Of a stretch of 64,000 bases of DNA, positions 10,580 through 20,960 are shown piece after piece. The stretch is from Occultella glacieicola (GTDB taxonomy: Bacteria > Actinomycetota > Actinomycetes > Actinomycetales > Beutenbergiaceae), in the NCBI RefSeq assembly GCF_004353825.1, contig NZ_SMNA01000008.1:124001-188000 (forward strand), given 5' to 3'. Each line of letters begins with the position of its first letter. Within the stretch, counting starts at the first letter, position 1. The notes under the pieces were generated by a model. The model was not told the DNA's origin, made no database searches, and saw only the letters and a program-made list of their open reading frames with translations. The position numbers and the translations under genes were made by a program.

Positions 10580-10664
10580 AGGTTTCCTCCCGCCGTGCCT
10601 CGACCAGTGGGCCGGGCGTACCGGACGCCTCCATCCTCCCAGACCGCCCGGTACTGTTCACGGC

Positions 10665-11138
10665 GTGCTGGAACTTGCCGCGGCCTTCGGCTACTGCCTG
10701 GTCTCGGCGATCCTGATCGTGCTGCCCGCCGAGGTGTACCTGCTCACGATGGCGGTGGTCTCGGAGGTCCCCGCGGTGTGGCTGGCGCTCGCCGGAGCGC
10801 TCGGGCAGGTGGCCGGCAAGATGCTCTACTATCTCCTCGGCCGCGGCGTGCTGGACCTCGCCCACCTGCGCAAGCGGTCGACGGCGAAGGGTCGGTGGGT
10901 GGACCGCATGGACCAGGTCGAGACCTGGTGCCGGCGGCACGTCTGGGGTCCGAGCCTGGTCACCGCCGTCAGTGCGTTCGCGGGCGTGCCGCCGTACGCG
11001 CTGGTCAGCGTGCTCGCCGGGACGGTGCGGATGCGTTGGTGGCTCTTCGCGCTGATCTCCGTCGCCGGACGCTGGTTGCGGTTCTGGGCCGTGATGGCGG
11101 TCCCGCACCTGCTTCCGGACACCCTGTTCGGGATCTGA
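10665..11138 (+). CDS. VTT/SNARE-associated (YqaA/DedA-like) membrane protein
   Basis: PAE.YL, GQVAGK..YY.GRG, GVPPY, GR.LRF motifs; TACTGT -10 just upstream. Confidence 0.75.
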   Translation: MLELAAAFGYCLVSAILIVLPAEVYLLTMAVVSEVPAVWLALAGALGQVAGKMLYYLLGRGVLDLAHLRKRSTAKGRWVDRMDQVETWCRRHVWGPSLVTAVSAFAGVPPYALVSVLAGTVRMRWWLFALISVAGRWLRFWAVMAVPHLLPDTLFGI

Positions 11139-11164
11139 ACCGGACAGTCGAGACCGGCGGACCC

Positions 11165-12442
11165 TCAGTGGCCGAGCACCCGCAGCCGCCGCACCGCCTC
11201 GGTGAGCACCTCGGTCGACTTCACGAACGTGAACCGGACCGTCGTGGCCAGGGCCGTGTCGGCGTCGGACCCGGCCCGGGTGAACGCCGAGGTGGGAACG
11301 CCGACGACGCCGGCCAGGGCGGGAAGTTCCCGGCAGAGGTCCGCGCCGGTATCGATGCCGGTGGGCGCCAAGGTGCCGGCGAGCAGGTCCGCGGCGTCGG
11401 CGATCACGAAGTAGGTGCCCTGGGGCCGGATCACCGTGAACCCGGCGTCGGTCAGTCCCGCACAGAGCAGGTCCCGGCGCCCGGCCAGCGATGCGGCGAG
11501 GTCACGCACCCAGGTCGCGTCCGGACCCGACCCGGTCTCGAGCGCGAGCGCGGTGGCGATCGCCGGCTGGAACGGCGATCCGCTGACGTAGGTGAGGAAC
11601 TGCTTGACCGCCCGGACCGCGTCGACGAGTCCCGCCGGACCGCTGACCCAGCCGATCTTCCAGCCGGTCAGGGAGAACGTCTTGCCGGAGGAGGAGATGG
11701 TCAGGGTGCGCTCGGCCATGCCGGGCAGGGTCGCCATCGGGACGTGCGTGACGCCGTCGTAGGTGAGGTGTTCGTAGACCTCGTCGGTCACCACCAGGGC
11801 GTCGTGCGCGAGCGCCAGGCGGGCGATCTCGGTCAGTTCGGCGCGGGTCAGCACGGCGCCGGTCGGGTTGTGCGGGGAGTTGAGCAGCACCACCCGGGTC
11901 GCCGGGGTGAACGCGGCCCGCAGTGCGTCGAGGTCCAGACGGAAGCCGTCGGCCGGGTCCTCGCCAGGCCGCAGCGGCGCGCTCGTGTGCCTCGCGCCGG
12001 CGAGGGCGATGACGGCGGCGTAGGAGTCGTAGAACGGTTCGAGGGTGAGGACCTCGTCGCCCGGACCGGCCAGGGCCAGGATCGCCGCGGCGATGGCCTC
12101 GGTGGCCCCGGCGGTGACCAGGACCTCGGTGTCCGGGTCCGGAGACAGCCCGTAGTGACGCTCCTGATGGGCGGCGATCGCCTCGCGCAGCTCCCGGATC
12201 CCGGGCCCCGGCGGGTACTGGTTGTGTCCGGCCGCGATCGCGGCCGCCGCGGCCGCCTTGACGGTCTCCGGGCCGTCGGCGTCGGGGAAGCCCTGACCGA
12301 GGTTCAGCGAGCCGGTGCTGGCGGCGAGCGCGGACATCTCCGCGAAGATCGTGGGCCGGGGCGCACCGGAGGCACCGAGCAGGCCCGCGGCGGCGGCCAC
12401 CTCGCGCCAGGGTCCACGCGGCAGCGCGCTCAGTTCAGCCAT
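11165..12442 (-). CDS. class I/II PLP aminotransferase (DapC/YbdL-like)
   Basis: NLGQGFPD, NSPHNPTG, DEVYEHL, SSGKTFSLTGWKIGW. Confidence 0.9.
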   Translation of the reverse strand: MAELSALPRGPWREVAAAAGLLGASGAPRPTIFAEMSALAASTGSLNLGQGFPDADGPETVKAAAAAAIAAGHNQYPPGPGIRELREAIAAHQERHYGLSPDPDTEVLVTAGATEAIAAAILALAGPGDEVLTLEPFYDSYAAVIALAGARHTSAPLRPGEDPADGFRLDLDALRAAFTPATRVVLLNSPHNPTGAVLTRAELTEIARLALAHDALVVTDEVYEHLTYDGVTHVPMATLPGMAERTLTISSSGKTFSLTGWKIGWVSGPAGLVDAVRAVKQFLTYVSGSPFQPAIATALALETGSGPDATWVRDLAASLAGRRDLLCAGLTDAGFTVIRPQGTYFVIADAADLLAGTLAPTGIDTGADLCRELPALAGVVGVPTSAFTRAGSDADTALATTVRFTFVKSTEVLTEAVRRLRVLGH

Positions 12443-12461
12443 CCGCCGACAGTATCCGCAC

Positions 12462-13337
12462 TCACGGGCACCCCGCTCGCCACTCGTCGAGGTCGCGGTT
12501 CTTCAGGACCAGCGAGAACCCGGCCAGGGCAGGGTCGGAGCAGTATCCGTGGAAGGCGTCGGTGTCCGTCCGGTCGGTGTACTCGATCGCGAACACCGGC
12601 CGGCCGGCGTCGAGGTAGCCGCTCACGTCGGCGCACCAGCCGTCGGCCGCACAGTCCTCGGTGACGGCGAAGTCGAACTCCCCGACGAGGTCCTCGGTCA
12701 GGTCGGGCGCGTTCTTCTGCCCGACGGCGAGTCCCCGCTCGTGCGCGGCGCTCGCCCACCAGAGGGCGTAGGCGACGGCGTCGGCGCGGGTCAGGTCGAA
12801 GCCGGTCGCGGTGTCGTAGGAGTCGATGTTGTCCGGGTCGACGGCGTCGAAGCCCGCCGCGGCGCACCCATCCAGTCGTGCCTCCATCAGCGGCGCGAGG
12901 ACCTCCAGACGGCGGATGTCCAGGAAGCGTTCCCCGTCCCAGCCCGGGTAGGCCGCCCCGATCACCTCGGTGGGGAACTCGTCGGCGTCGTCTCGCCAGT
13001 CCTCCCACGCGCCGGCGTTGACGTAGCAGATGGTGTGCGCCCCGGTCGCAGCGAGGGCGGCGACCCGGTCGGGTGCCGTGTCGGCGCCGTCGAGGTCGTA
13101 CACGTCGACCCCGTCGAGTTCGGCGAGCTCCGCGCCGGGCTCGGCCGCGAGCACGATCTGCCAGGAGGGCACGGTCGGCCCGGCCTCGGGTGACCACCGG
13201 TCCGGATCTCCTGCACCACCGGCACCACCAGTACCTCCGGCACCGTCGGCGCACCCGACCGACACCGCCACCAGCGCAAGGGTCAGCACCAGCGGCGCCG
13301 CCCGCCGTCGGCCCCGAACCGTCCGCACCACCCGCAC
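12462..13337 (-). CDS. endo-alpha-1,4-polygalactosaminidase (GH114) lipoprotein; start approximate
   Basis: ICYVNAGAWEDWRDD, GFDAVDPDN, GQKN, FDFAVTEDC, IEY; lipobox-like VSVGC. Confidence 0.8.
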   Translation of the reverse strand: MRVVRTVRGRRRAAPLVLTLALVAVSVGCADGAGGTGGAGGAGDPDRWSPEAGPTVPSWQIVLAAEPGAELAELDGVDVYDLDGADTAPDRVAALAATGAHTICYVNAGAWEDWRDDADEFPTEVIGAAYPGWDGERFLDIRRLEVLAPLMEARLDGCAAAGFDAVDPDNIDSYDTATGFDLTRADAVAYALWWASAAHERGLAVGQKNAPDLTEDLVGEFDFAVTEDCAADGWCADVSGYLDAGRPVFAIEYTDRTDTDAFHGYCSDPALAGFSLVLKNRDLDEWRAGCP

Positions 13338-13465
13338 AGCGTACGGTTCGCGCCCGGCCCGGGCGCCGCCGTCGGAGATCGGGAAGCCTCCCGAGCGGCC
13401 CTGAACGGGACACGCCGGGCGGGACACGCCGAGGGCGCCGGGCACGCCGGACGGCCTACCCGAAG

Positions 13466-13487
13466 TGTCGGCGGCTCGACCTAGAAT
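13466..13487 (+). promoter_or_regulatory. PafBC-type (RecA-NDp) promoter of dnaE
   Basis: TGTCGG-N10-TAGAAT, ATG 8 nt downstream. Confidence 0.7.
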
Positions 13488-13494
13488 CTCCTGC

Positions 13495-16400
13495 ATGTCC
13501 GACGATTTCGTGCACCTCCACGTCCACACCGAGTACTCGATGTTGGACGGGGCGGCACGGCTGGACGACCTGTTCTCCGAGGCGCAGCGGCTCGGCCAGT
13601 CCGCGGTCGCGACCACGGACCACGGATATCTGTTCGGCGCCTACGACTTCTGGTCGAAGGCCCGCAAGTACGGCATCAAGCCGATCATCGGCGTCGAGGC
13701 GTACGTCACCCCGGGCACGTCCCGCTTCGACAAGACGCGCGTGCGCTGGGGCGAGGCGAGCCAGGCGGGCGACGACGTCTCGGCGCGCGGCGCCTACACG
13801 CACATGACCCTGCTCTCGCGGACCACCGCGGGCATGCACAACCTGTTCCGGATGAGTTCGCTGGCCTCGCTCGAGGGGCAGCTCGGCAAGTGGCCGCGGA
13901 TGGACCGGGACCTGCTGTCCACCTACTCCGAGGGCCTGATCGCCACGAGCGGGTGCGCGTCCGGTGAGATCCAGACCCGGCTGCGCCTGGGCCAGCGCGA
14001 CGAGGCGGTCCGGGCGGCCGGGGAGCTCCAGGACATCTTCGGCAAGGAGAACTTCTACATCGAGATCATGGATCACGGTCTCGACATCGAACGGCGCACG
14101 TTCGCGGACCTGATCGAGATCGCGAAGGAGATCGGCGCGCCGCTGCTGGCCACCAACGACCTGCACTACACCAAGGAGGAGGACGCCCACGCGCACGAGG
14201 CGCTCCTGTGCGTGCAGTCCGGGGCCACGCTCGACGAGCCCACCTACGATCAGGGCGGCAAGCGGTTCGCGTTCGGTGGCCAGGGCTACTATCTGAAGTC
14301 CGCCGCCCAGATGCGCGAGCTGTTCCGGGACTACCCGGAGGCCTGCGACAACACGTTGCTCGTGGCCGAGCAGTGCGACGTGACGTTCACCGAGCAGGTC
14401 GGCAAGTACATGCCGCACTTCCCGGTGCCCGAGGGCGAGGACGAGATCTCCACCTTCGTGAAGTCCGTGGAGGTCGGTCTGCACAAGCGGTTCGGCGAGA
14501 CCGTCCCGGACGAGGTCCGCAAGCAGGCCTCCTACGAGATCGACATCATCACCTCCAAGGGGTACGCCGGCTACTACCTGGTGGTCGCCGACTTCATCAA
14601 CTGGGCCAAGGACAACGGCATCCGGGTCGGGCCAGGCCGTGGCTCCGGAGCCGGGTCCATGGCCGCGTACGCGATGAGCATCACCGAGTTGGACCCGCTG
14701 CAGAACGGGCTGATCTTCGAGCGGTTCCTCAATCCCGAGCGGATGTCGCTGCCGGACTTCGACATCGACTTCGACGAGCGTCGCCGCGGCGAGGTCATCA
14801 AGTACGTCTCGGACACCTACGGCGAGGACAAGGTCGCCTACATCGTCACCTACGGCACCATCAAGGCCAAGCAGGCTTTGAAGGACTCCTCCCGGGTGCT
14901 CGGCTACCCGTTCGGGATGGGGGAGAAGCTCACCAAGGCGATGCCCCCGGCGGTGATGGGCAAGGACGTCACCCTCACGGGCATCTACAACCCGCAGGAC
15001 AAGCGGTACGCCGAGGCGGACGAGTTCCGCAAGGTCGTCGAGCTCGACCCGGACGCCCAGCGGGTGCTCGAGACCGCCCGCGGCCTGGAGAACCTGAAGC
15101 GCCAGTGGGGCGTGCACGCGGCGGGCGTCATCATCGCCAGCGAGCCGCTGATCGACATCATCCCGATCATGCGCCGGGAGCAGGACGGCGCCGTGATCAC
15201 CCAGATCGACTTCCCCGCCGGGGAGGACCTCGGCCTGGTGAAGATGGACTTCCTGGGGCTGCGCAACCTGACCATCCTCGACGACGCGCTCGACAACATC
15301 GTCGTCAACGGCAAGGAACCGGTGGTCGTCGAGGACCTGCCCCTGGACGACCGCCCCACCTACGGTCTGCTCTCGCGTGGCGACACCCTCGGCGTGTTCC
15401 AGCTCGACGGCGGCGGCATGCGGTCGCTGCTGCGGCTGATGCGGCCGGACAACTTCGAGGACATCTCCGCCGTCGGCGCCCTGTACCGGCCGGGCCCGAT
15501 GGGCGCGAACTCACACACGAACTACGCCCTGCGCAAGAACGGCCAGCAGGACATCACCCCGATCCACCCCGAGCTGGCCGAACCGCTCGAGGAGGTCCTC
15601 GGCACCACCTACGGCCTGATCGTCTACCAGGAGCAGGTGATGGCGATCGCCCAGCACCTGGCCGGGTACACGCTCGGGCAGGCCGACCTGCTCCGGCGGG
15701 CGATGGGCAAGAAGAAGCGCGAGGTGCTGGACGCCGAGTTCGACAAGTTCAGTTCCGGCATGGTCGAGCGCGGTTACTCCGCGAAGGCGATCAAGACCCT
15801 CTGGGACGTGCTCGTCCCGTTCTCCGACTATGCGTTCAACAAGGCGCACTCGGCCGCGTACGGGCTGGTCTCCTACTGGACGGCCTACCTCAAGGCGAAC
15901 TACCCGACCGAGTACATGGCCGCCCTGCTCACGTCGACGCGGGACGACAAGGACAAGTCGGCGCTCTACCTCAACGAGTGCCGCCGGATGCGGATCACGG
16001 TCCTGCCGCCGGACGTGAATGCCTCCGCGGCCACGTTCACCCCGGTCGGGTCGGACATCCGGTTCGGCCTCGCCGCGGTGCGTAACGTCGGCAACAACGT
16101 GGTCGCCGCGATCGCCGCGGCCCGCGAGGAGAAGGGGGACTTCACCTCTTTCACGGACTTCCTCGAGAAGGTGCCCGCGGTGGTCTGCAACAAGCGGACC
16201 ATCGAGTCACTGATCAAGGCCGGCGCGTTCGACTCCCTCGGCCACACCCGCCGTGCGCTGCTGATGGTGCACGAGCAGGCGGTGGACTCCGTGATCGGGG
16301 TCAAACGCAAGGAGGCGGAGGGCCAGTTCGACCTGTTCGCCTCGCTCGGCGGTGGGGACGCCGACGGCGGAGGTTTCGCCGTGGAGGTCCCGGACCTTCC

Positions 16401-17040
16401 CGAGTGGGACAAGAAGCAGAAGCTCGCCTTCGAGCGGGAGATGCTCGGCCTGTACGTGTCCGATCACCCGCTGTCCGGCATCGAGCACGTGCTCACCCAG
16501 GCGGCGGACGTCTCGATCGCGACCCTGAACGCGGACGAGGCCCGCCCGGACGGGTCCACGGTGACCATCGCGGGGCTGATCACCTCGCTGCAGCGCAAGA
16601 TGTCGAAGCAGGGCAACGCGTGGGCAGCGGTCACGATCGAGGACATGGAAGGCTCGGTCGAGGTGATGTTCTTCGGCGAGACCTACCTGGCGTACTCCAC
16701 GATCCTCGCCGAGGACCAGGTCGTGGTGCTGCGCGGGCGGGTCCGACGCCGGGACGAGGTCATGCAGTTGCAGGCCATGGAGGTCTCCATCCCGGACGTG
16801 TCCGTGGGCGACGACGCACCGATGCTGCTGTCCATCCCGACGAACCGGTGCACCACGCCGGTCGTCGAGCAGTTGCGCGACATCCTGTCCACGCACCCCG
16901 GGGTCACCGAGGTGCACGTCAAGCTCACCGAACCCGGGCGGGCCACGGTGCTCCGGCTCGAGGACGGCCTGCGGGTGGAGCGCACCCCGGCGCTGTACGG
17001 CGACCTCAAGGCGCTGCTCGGGCCGAGCTGCCTGGTCTGA
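13495..17040 (+). CDS. dnaE: DNA polymerase III alpha subunit (DnaE1)
   Basis: FVHLHVHTEYSMLDG PHP domain, GRGSGAGS, PDFDIDF, FNKAHSAAY; no intein seen. Confidence 0.98.
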   Translation: MSDDFVHLHVHTEYSMLDGAARLDDLFSEAQRLGQSAVATTDHGYLFGAYDFWSKARKYGIKPIIGVEAYVTPGTSRFDKTRVRWGEASQAGDDVSARGAYTHMTLLSRTTAGMHNLFRMSSLASLEGQLGKWPRMDRDLLSTYSEGLIATSGCASGEIQTRLRLGQRDEAVRAAGELQDIFGKENFYIEIMDHGLDIERRTFADLIEIAKEIGAPLLATNDLHYTKEEDAHAHEALLCVQSGATLDEPTYDQGGKRFAFGGQGYYLKSAAQMRELFRDYPEACDNTLLVAEQCDVTFTEQVGKYMPHFPVPEGEDEISTFVKSVEVGLHKRFGETVPDEVRKQASYEIDIITSKGYAGYYLVVADFINWAKDNGIRVGPGRGSGAGSMAAYAMSITELDPLQNGLIFERFLNPERMSLPDFDIDFDERRRGEVIKYVSDTYGEDKVAYIVTYGTIKAKQALKDSSRVLGYPFGMGEKLTKAMPPAVMGKDVTLTGIYNPQDKRYAEADEFRKVVELDPDAQRVLETARGLENLKRQWGVHAAGVIIASEPLIDIIPIMRREQDGAVITQIDFPAGEDLGLVKMDFLGLRNLTILDDALDNIVVNGKEPVVVEDLPLDDRPTYGLLSRGDTLGVFQLDGGGMRSLLRLMRPDNFEDISAVGALYRPGPMGANSHTNYALRKNGQQDITPIHPELAEPLEEVLGTTYGLIVYQEQVMAIAQHLAGYTLGQADLLRRAMGKKKREVLDAEFDKFSSGMVERGYSAKAIKTLWDVLVPFSDYAFNKAHSAAYGLVSYWTAYLKANYPTEYMAALLTSTRDDKDKSALYLNECRRMRITVLPPDVNASAATFTPVGSDIRFGLAAVRNVGNNVVAAIAAAREEKGDFTSFTDFLEKVPAVVCNKRTIESLIKAGAFDSLGHTRRALLMVHEQAVDSVIGVKRKEAEGQFDLFASLGGGDADGGGFAVEVPDLPEWDKKQKLAFEREMLGLYVSDHPLSGIEHVLTQAADVSIATLNADEARPDGSTVTIAGLITSLQRKMSKQGNAWAAVTIEDMEGSVEVMFFGETYLAYSTILAEDQVVVLRGRVRRRDEVMQLQAMEVSIPDVSVGDDAPMLLSIPTNRCTTPVVEQLRDILSTHPGVTEVHVKLTEPGRATVLRLEDGLRVERTPALYGDLKALLGPSCLV

Positions 17041-17077
17041 GCCCGGCGCCGGCCGCCGCCGGACGGGCCGGACCGGT

Positions 17078-17422
17078 TCATTCCAGCCAGGTGGTGACGA
17101 ACCGCTCGTTGGCATGGATGTGCACGGCCTCGTAACCGTCGGAGCCGGTCCGGAACGTGTGCGGGGTGTCCGCGGGGGCCACCAGGATCTGCCCGGCGTG
17201 GCCCTCGAGCTCGACGTCGCCGATCGTGAACGTGGCCGAGCCGCGGCGGATCAGGAACGTCTCCGCGTAGGGGTGCTGATGCAGGCGGGGGCCGACCCCG
17301 GCGCGGGAGGTGGACTCGAGGATCAGCGAGATCCCGGCTCCGCCGGGCAACTCCTCGTAGTTCTCGGCCCACTCCTCGCCGTCGCTGCGACCATCGGTGC
17401 GGTTGATCACGAGGCTGTCCAT
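17078..17422 (-). CDS. cupin domain protein
   Basis: GPRLHQHPYAETF...PADTPHTF cupin motifs. Confidence 0.85.
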   Translation of the reverse strand: MDSLVINRTDGRSDGEEWAENYEELPGGAGISLILESTSRAGVGPRLHQHPYAETFLIRRGSATFTIGDVELEGHAGQILVAPADTPHTFRTGSDGYEAVHIHANERFVTTWLE

Positions 17423-17539
17423 CGCTTCACCGTAACCGCGGACCGTGACGGCCACCAGGGTGCGCGCGTGCTCGCCGGCCGCGCCGGCCCGCGGCCGTGC
17501 CACCGGGCGCCACCGGGTCCCACCCGGCCGGCCACCCGC

Positions 17540-17791
17540 TCAGACGGGCCTGACCACCCGGAGCCGCCGGACGCCGTCGGGCAGGTCCACCTCGACCAGG
17601 TCGCCGGGGTGCAGCTGCCGGCCGCGGCGGGACTCCGCCTCGCCGTTGACGTCGATCGCCTCGTCGGAGAGCAGGGCGCGCGCGGTCGCGCCGTCGTCGG
17701 CGATGCCGGTGAGCTTGAGGAACTGACCGAGGCGGATCATGTCGTCACGGATCTCGACGTCGGTGGGCTGGTCGGGCTTCGGCGTGGCCAT
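17540..17791 (-). CDS. RNA-binding S4 domain protein (YaaA/YbcJ-like)
   Basis: IRLGQFLKL, VNGEAESRRGRQL. Confidence 0.9.
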   Translation of the reverse strand: MATPKPDQPTDVEIRDDMIRLGQFLKLTGIADDGATARALLSDEAIDVNGEAESRRGRQLHPGDLVEVDLPDGVRRLRVVRPV

Positions 17792-17809
17792 CGGGCCAGT
17801 ATCCCAGCC

Positions 17810-18196
17810 TCACGAGGCGTCGACGGTGACCCAGGCCGCGCGCCACTGGGGTGCCTCGAACGGCTCGGCCCAGTACGCCGTCTCCCGGGCGATCCGGCGG
17901 TCCCGGAACTCGAAGATGAACACGCTGCGGTAGGCGGCCCCGCCTCCGTAGTCCAGCGTGGCCTCGAGGACCACCAGATCCGCGGCGGTCAGGATCCGTC
18001 GCGGCGTGACGGTCGGCAGGCCCGGGAACGCCCCGTAGACGGCCCGGCGGTTGTCGCCGCCGATCACCTGTTCGCCGGACTGGGGCCAGTCCATGACGGC
18101 GTCCTCGTGGAACAGCTCGTCCATGACCTCGGTCCGCTTGTCGTTGAGGCACTGGACCAACCGCTCGACGACGGCTCGGTTCTCGATCTCGTTCAT
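17810..18196 (-). CDS. SnoaL/NTF2-like protein
   Basis: WPQSGEQ, ETAYWAEPFEAP.WR pattern. Confidence 0.8.
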   Translation of the reverse strand: MNEIENRAVVERLVQCLNDKRTEVMDELFHEDAVMDWPQSGEQVIGGDNRRAVYGAFPGLPTVTPRRILTAADLVVLEATLDYGGGAAYRSVFIFEFRDRRIARETAYWAEPFEAPQWRAAWVTVDAS

Positions 18197-18315
18197 GACG
18201 ACCTCCTGGCCGCTCTCGCACGCTCCATCGCGTGCGGACCAGGCAAGTGTAGGCCCGACGTCGTCAGGGTACCTGGGAGTTCGGGCCGGTGGCCCGACGC
18301 CCTAGACTCGTGCGC

Positions 18316-19635
18316 GTGATGCGAACGATCGACCTGCGTGGCCGGGCACTTCCGGCGTCCGAGCTGCGAGCGGTGCTGCCGCGCGCCGAGGTGGACATCG
18401 AGGTGGCCATCGGGCGGGTCGCACCCATCCTCGACCGGGTCCGTGCCGAGGGCGCCCCGGCCCTGTACGCCTACGCCGAGCAGTTCGACGGCGTCCGGCC
18501 GGCCAGTCTGCGGGTGCCGGCCGTGGTGCTCGCAGCCGCCCTCGAAGAGCTCGCGGTCGACGTGCGCGTGGCCCTCACCGAAGCGATCCGGCGGGCCCGG
18601 CTCGGCCACGAGGCGCAGCTGCCCACACCGCGGACCACCGCGTTCGGACCCGGTGCCCGCGTGCACCAGAGGTGGATCCCGGTGCAGCGGGTCGGCCTGT
18701 ACGTGCCCGGCGGGCTCGCGGTGTACCCGTCCTCGGTGGTGATGAACGTGGTCGCCGCGCAGGTCGCCGGCGTGGAGTCGCTCGCGGTCGCCAGCCCGCC
18801 GCAGAAGGACAACGACGGCCTGCCGGACCCGACGATCCTGGCGGCCTGCGCCCTGCTCGGTGTCGACGAGGTGTACGCCGTCGGGGGTGCCCAGGCGATC
18901 GGGATGTTCGCTTACGGGCTGCGCTCCGAGGGGCCCGAGGACTCCTGCGAGCCGGTGGATGTGGTCACCGGACCCGGCAACATCTACGTCGCTGCCGCGA
19001 AGCGGGCCGTGCTCGGGGTCGTCGGCATCGACGCCGAGGCCGGCACCACCGAGATCGCGGTGCTCGCCGACGCCGGCGCCGACCCCCGGTTCGTCGCGGC
19101 GGACCTGATCAGCCAGGCCGAGCACGACCCGGCCGCCGCGTCCGTGCTGGTGACCGACTCCGAGGACCTGGCGGCCGCCGTCGCCAAGGAGATCGAGACC
19201 CGCGCCACCACCGCCAAGCACGCCGCGCGGATCCGCGCGGCCCTGAGCGGTCCCCAGTCCGGCGTGGTGCTCGTCGACGACCTCGACCACGGCATCGACG
19301 TGGTCAACGCCTACGCCGCCGAGCACCTGGAGATCCAGACGGCCGACGCCGCCGCCGACGCTGCGCGGATCCGCAACGCGGGAGCGATCTTCGTCGGCCC
19401 GTACTCGCCGGTTCCGCTCGGGGACTACATCGCCGGCTCGAACCACGTGCTTCCCACCGGCGGCACCGCCCGGTTCGCCAGCGGGCTCGGCGTGCAGGCG
19501 TACCTGAAGTCGGTCCAGGTGATCGACTACGACGAGGCCGCCCTGAAGGAGGTCACGGACGACCTCGTCGCGCTCGCCGAGTCCGAGGACCTGCCTGCGC
19601 ACGGTGAGGCCGCGCTGCTTCGTCGCGGGGACTGA
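18316..19635 (+). CDS. hisD: histidinol dehydrogenase
   Basis: [44 protein letters not shown]. Confidence 0.97.
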   Translation: MMRTIDLRGRALPASELRAVLPRAEVDIEVAIGRVAPILDRVRAEGAPALYAYAEQFDGVRPASLRVPAVVLAAALEELAVDVRVALTEAIRRARLGHEAQLPTPRTTAFGPGARVHQRWIPVQRVGLYVPGGLAVYPSSVVMNVVAAQVAGVESLAVASPPQKDNDGLPDPTILAACALLGVDEVYAVGGAQAIGMFAYGLRSEGPEDSCEPVDVVTGPGNIYVAAAKRAVLGVVGIDAEAGTTEIAVLADAGADPRFVAADLISQAEHDPAAASVLVTDSEDLAAAVAKEIETRATTAKHAARIRAALSGPQSGVVLVDDLDHGIDVVNAYAAEHLEIQTADAAADAARIRNAGAIFVGPYSPVPLGDYIAGSNHVLPTGGTARFASGLGVQAYLKSVQVIDYDEAALKEVTDDLVALAESEDLPAHGEAALLRRGD

Positions 19636-19673
19636 GAACCCTTCCGACGACGACGGAGGACCGGGGGACGGGC

Positions 19674-20936
19674 ATGAGCGAGGAACGACTGCGCACCCGG
19701 CCCGGGTTCGTGCGGTTCTGGACGGCGTCGACGGCGGCCGGGTTCGGCTCCTACGTCAGCGCCCTCGCGCTGCAGGTCCTCGTGGTGCAGGTCCTGGAGG
19801 CGGGCGCGACCGGCGTCGGCCTCGTCAACGCCGCCCGCTGGCTGCCGTACCTGCTGTTCGGCATCGTCGCCGGGGTCCTGGTGGACCGGGCCCGACGGCG
19901 GCCGGTGCTGGTGGGCGCGGACGTCGCCCGTGCGTTGCTGCTGACCGCGGTGCCCGCGCTGGCGCTCACCGGATACCTGAGCGTGTGGTCTCTGATGGTG
20001 GCGATGGCCCTCTTCGGGCTGATGTCGCTGCTGCATGACGCGGCATCCCAGTCCTACCTGCCGCGGCTCGTGCCGGGACCGCTCCTGGTCCGGGCGAATG
20101 CCCGGCTCGACCAGAGCGACGCGCTCGCCCAGACCACCGGGCCGGTCGTCGCCGGAGCCCTGGTCTCGATCCTGACCGCGCCCTGGGCGATGCTGGTGGA
20201 CGCCGCCACCCGCCTCGTCTCCGCCTTCATGATCGCTCGGATCCCGATCGAGGAGGCGCCGTCGCAGAAGCTGACCCTGCGCGGGGTCGGCCGCGAGGCG
20301 AGGGAGGGGCTGGGCTGGCTGTACCGGCACCGGACCCTCGGCCCGCAGACGATCGGCACCCATGCGTGGTTCCTGTTCAATGCTGCCGCCGGTGCCGTGC
20401 TCGCCCCCTACGTGCTGACGGAGCTGGGGCTGAGCGCGTTCACGCTCGGACTGGTCCTCGCGATCGGCGGCACGGGTGCCCTGCTCGGCAGCCTCAGCGC
20501 GGTTCGGCTCGGCACCCGCTTCGGGGCCGGCCGGGTGGCGATCGCCTCCATGGCCGTCAACGGCGTCGGCTGGGCGATCATGGCGATCGGTGTGGGCCCG
20601 TGGGCGGGCGCGCTGCTGGTCGGTCTCGGTCAGGCGGTGCTCGGCTACTCGATGGGTACGTCCAACCCGAACGAGATGGGCTACCGGCAGGTCGTCACCC
20701 CCGATCACCTGCAGGGCCGCACGAACGCCACGGCGCGCTCCATCAACCGCGCCATGGTCGTCGTCGGCGCACCCGTGGGTGGGCTGGTCGGGGACGCGAT
20801 CGGGTTCCAGCCGGTCCTGCTGGTCACGGCTGTCGGGTTCGTGGCGATCGCGGCGATCCTCTGGCTCACCCCGTACCGGGGCGCCCGGCTCGAGGAGCGC
20901 CCGGAGCCCGGCGCCGGGCCCGGTTCCGACCAGTAG
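19674..20936 (+). CDS. MFS transporter (DHA3/MFS_3-like)
   Basis: about 12 hydrophobic segments, LVDRARRRP, PDHLQGR. Confidence 0.85.
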   Translation: MSEERLRTRPGFVRFWTASTAAGFGSYVSALALQVLVVQVLEAGATGVGLVNAARWLPYLLFGIVAGVLVDRARRRPVLVGADVARALLLTAVPALALTGYLSVWSLMVAMALFGLMSLLHDAASQSYLPRLVPGPLLVRANARLDQSDALAQTTGPVVAGALVSILTAPWAMLVDAATRLVSAFMIARIPIEEAPSQKLTLRGVGREAREGLGWLYRHRTLGPQTIGTHAWFLFNAAAGAVLAPYVLTELGLSAFTLGLVLAIGGTGALLGSLSAVRLGTRFGAGRVAIASMAVNGVGWAIMAIGVGPWAGALLVGLGQAVLGYSMGTSNPNEMGYRQVVTPDHLQGRTNATARSINRAMVVVGAPVGGLVGDAIGFQPVLLVTAVGFVAIAAILWLTPYRGARLEERPEPGAGPGSDQ

Positions 20937-20960
20937 GTGCGGCCGGCGCCGAGACCGCGG

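Noticed and set aside
13495..17040. Intein in DnaE
   Set aside because: Length of about 1180 aa is normal and no splicing motifs were seen
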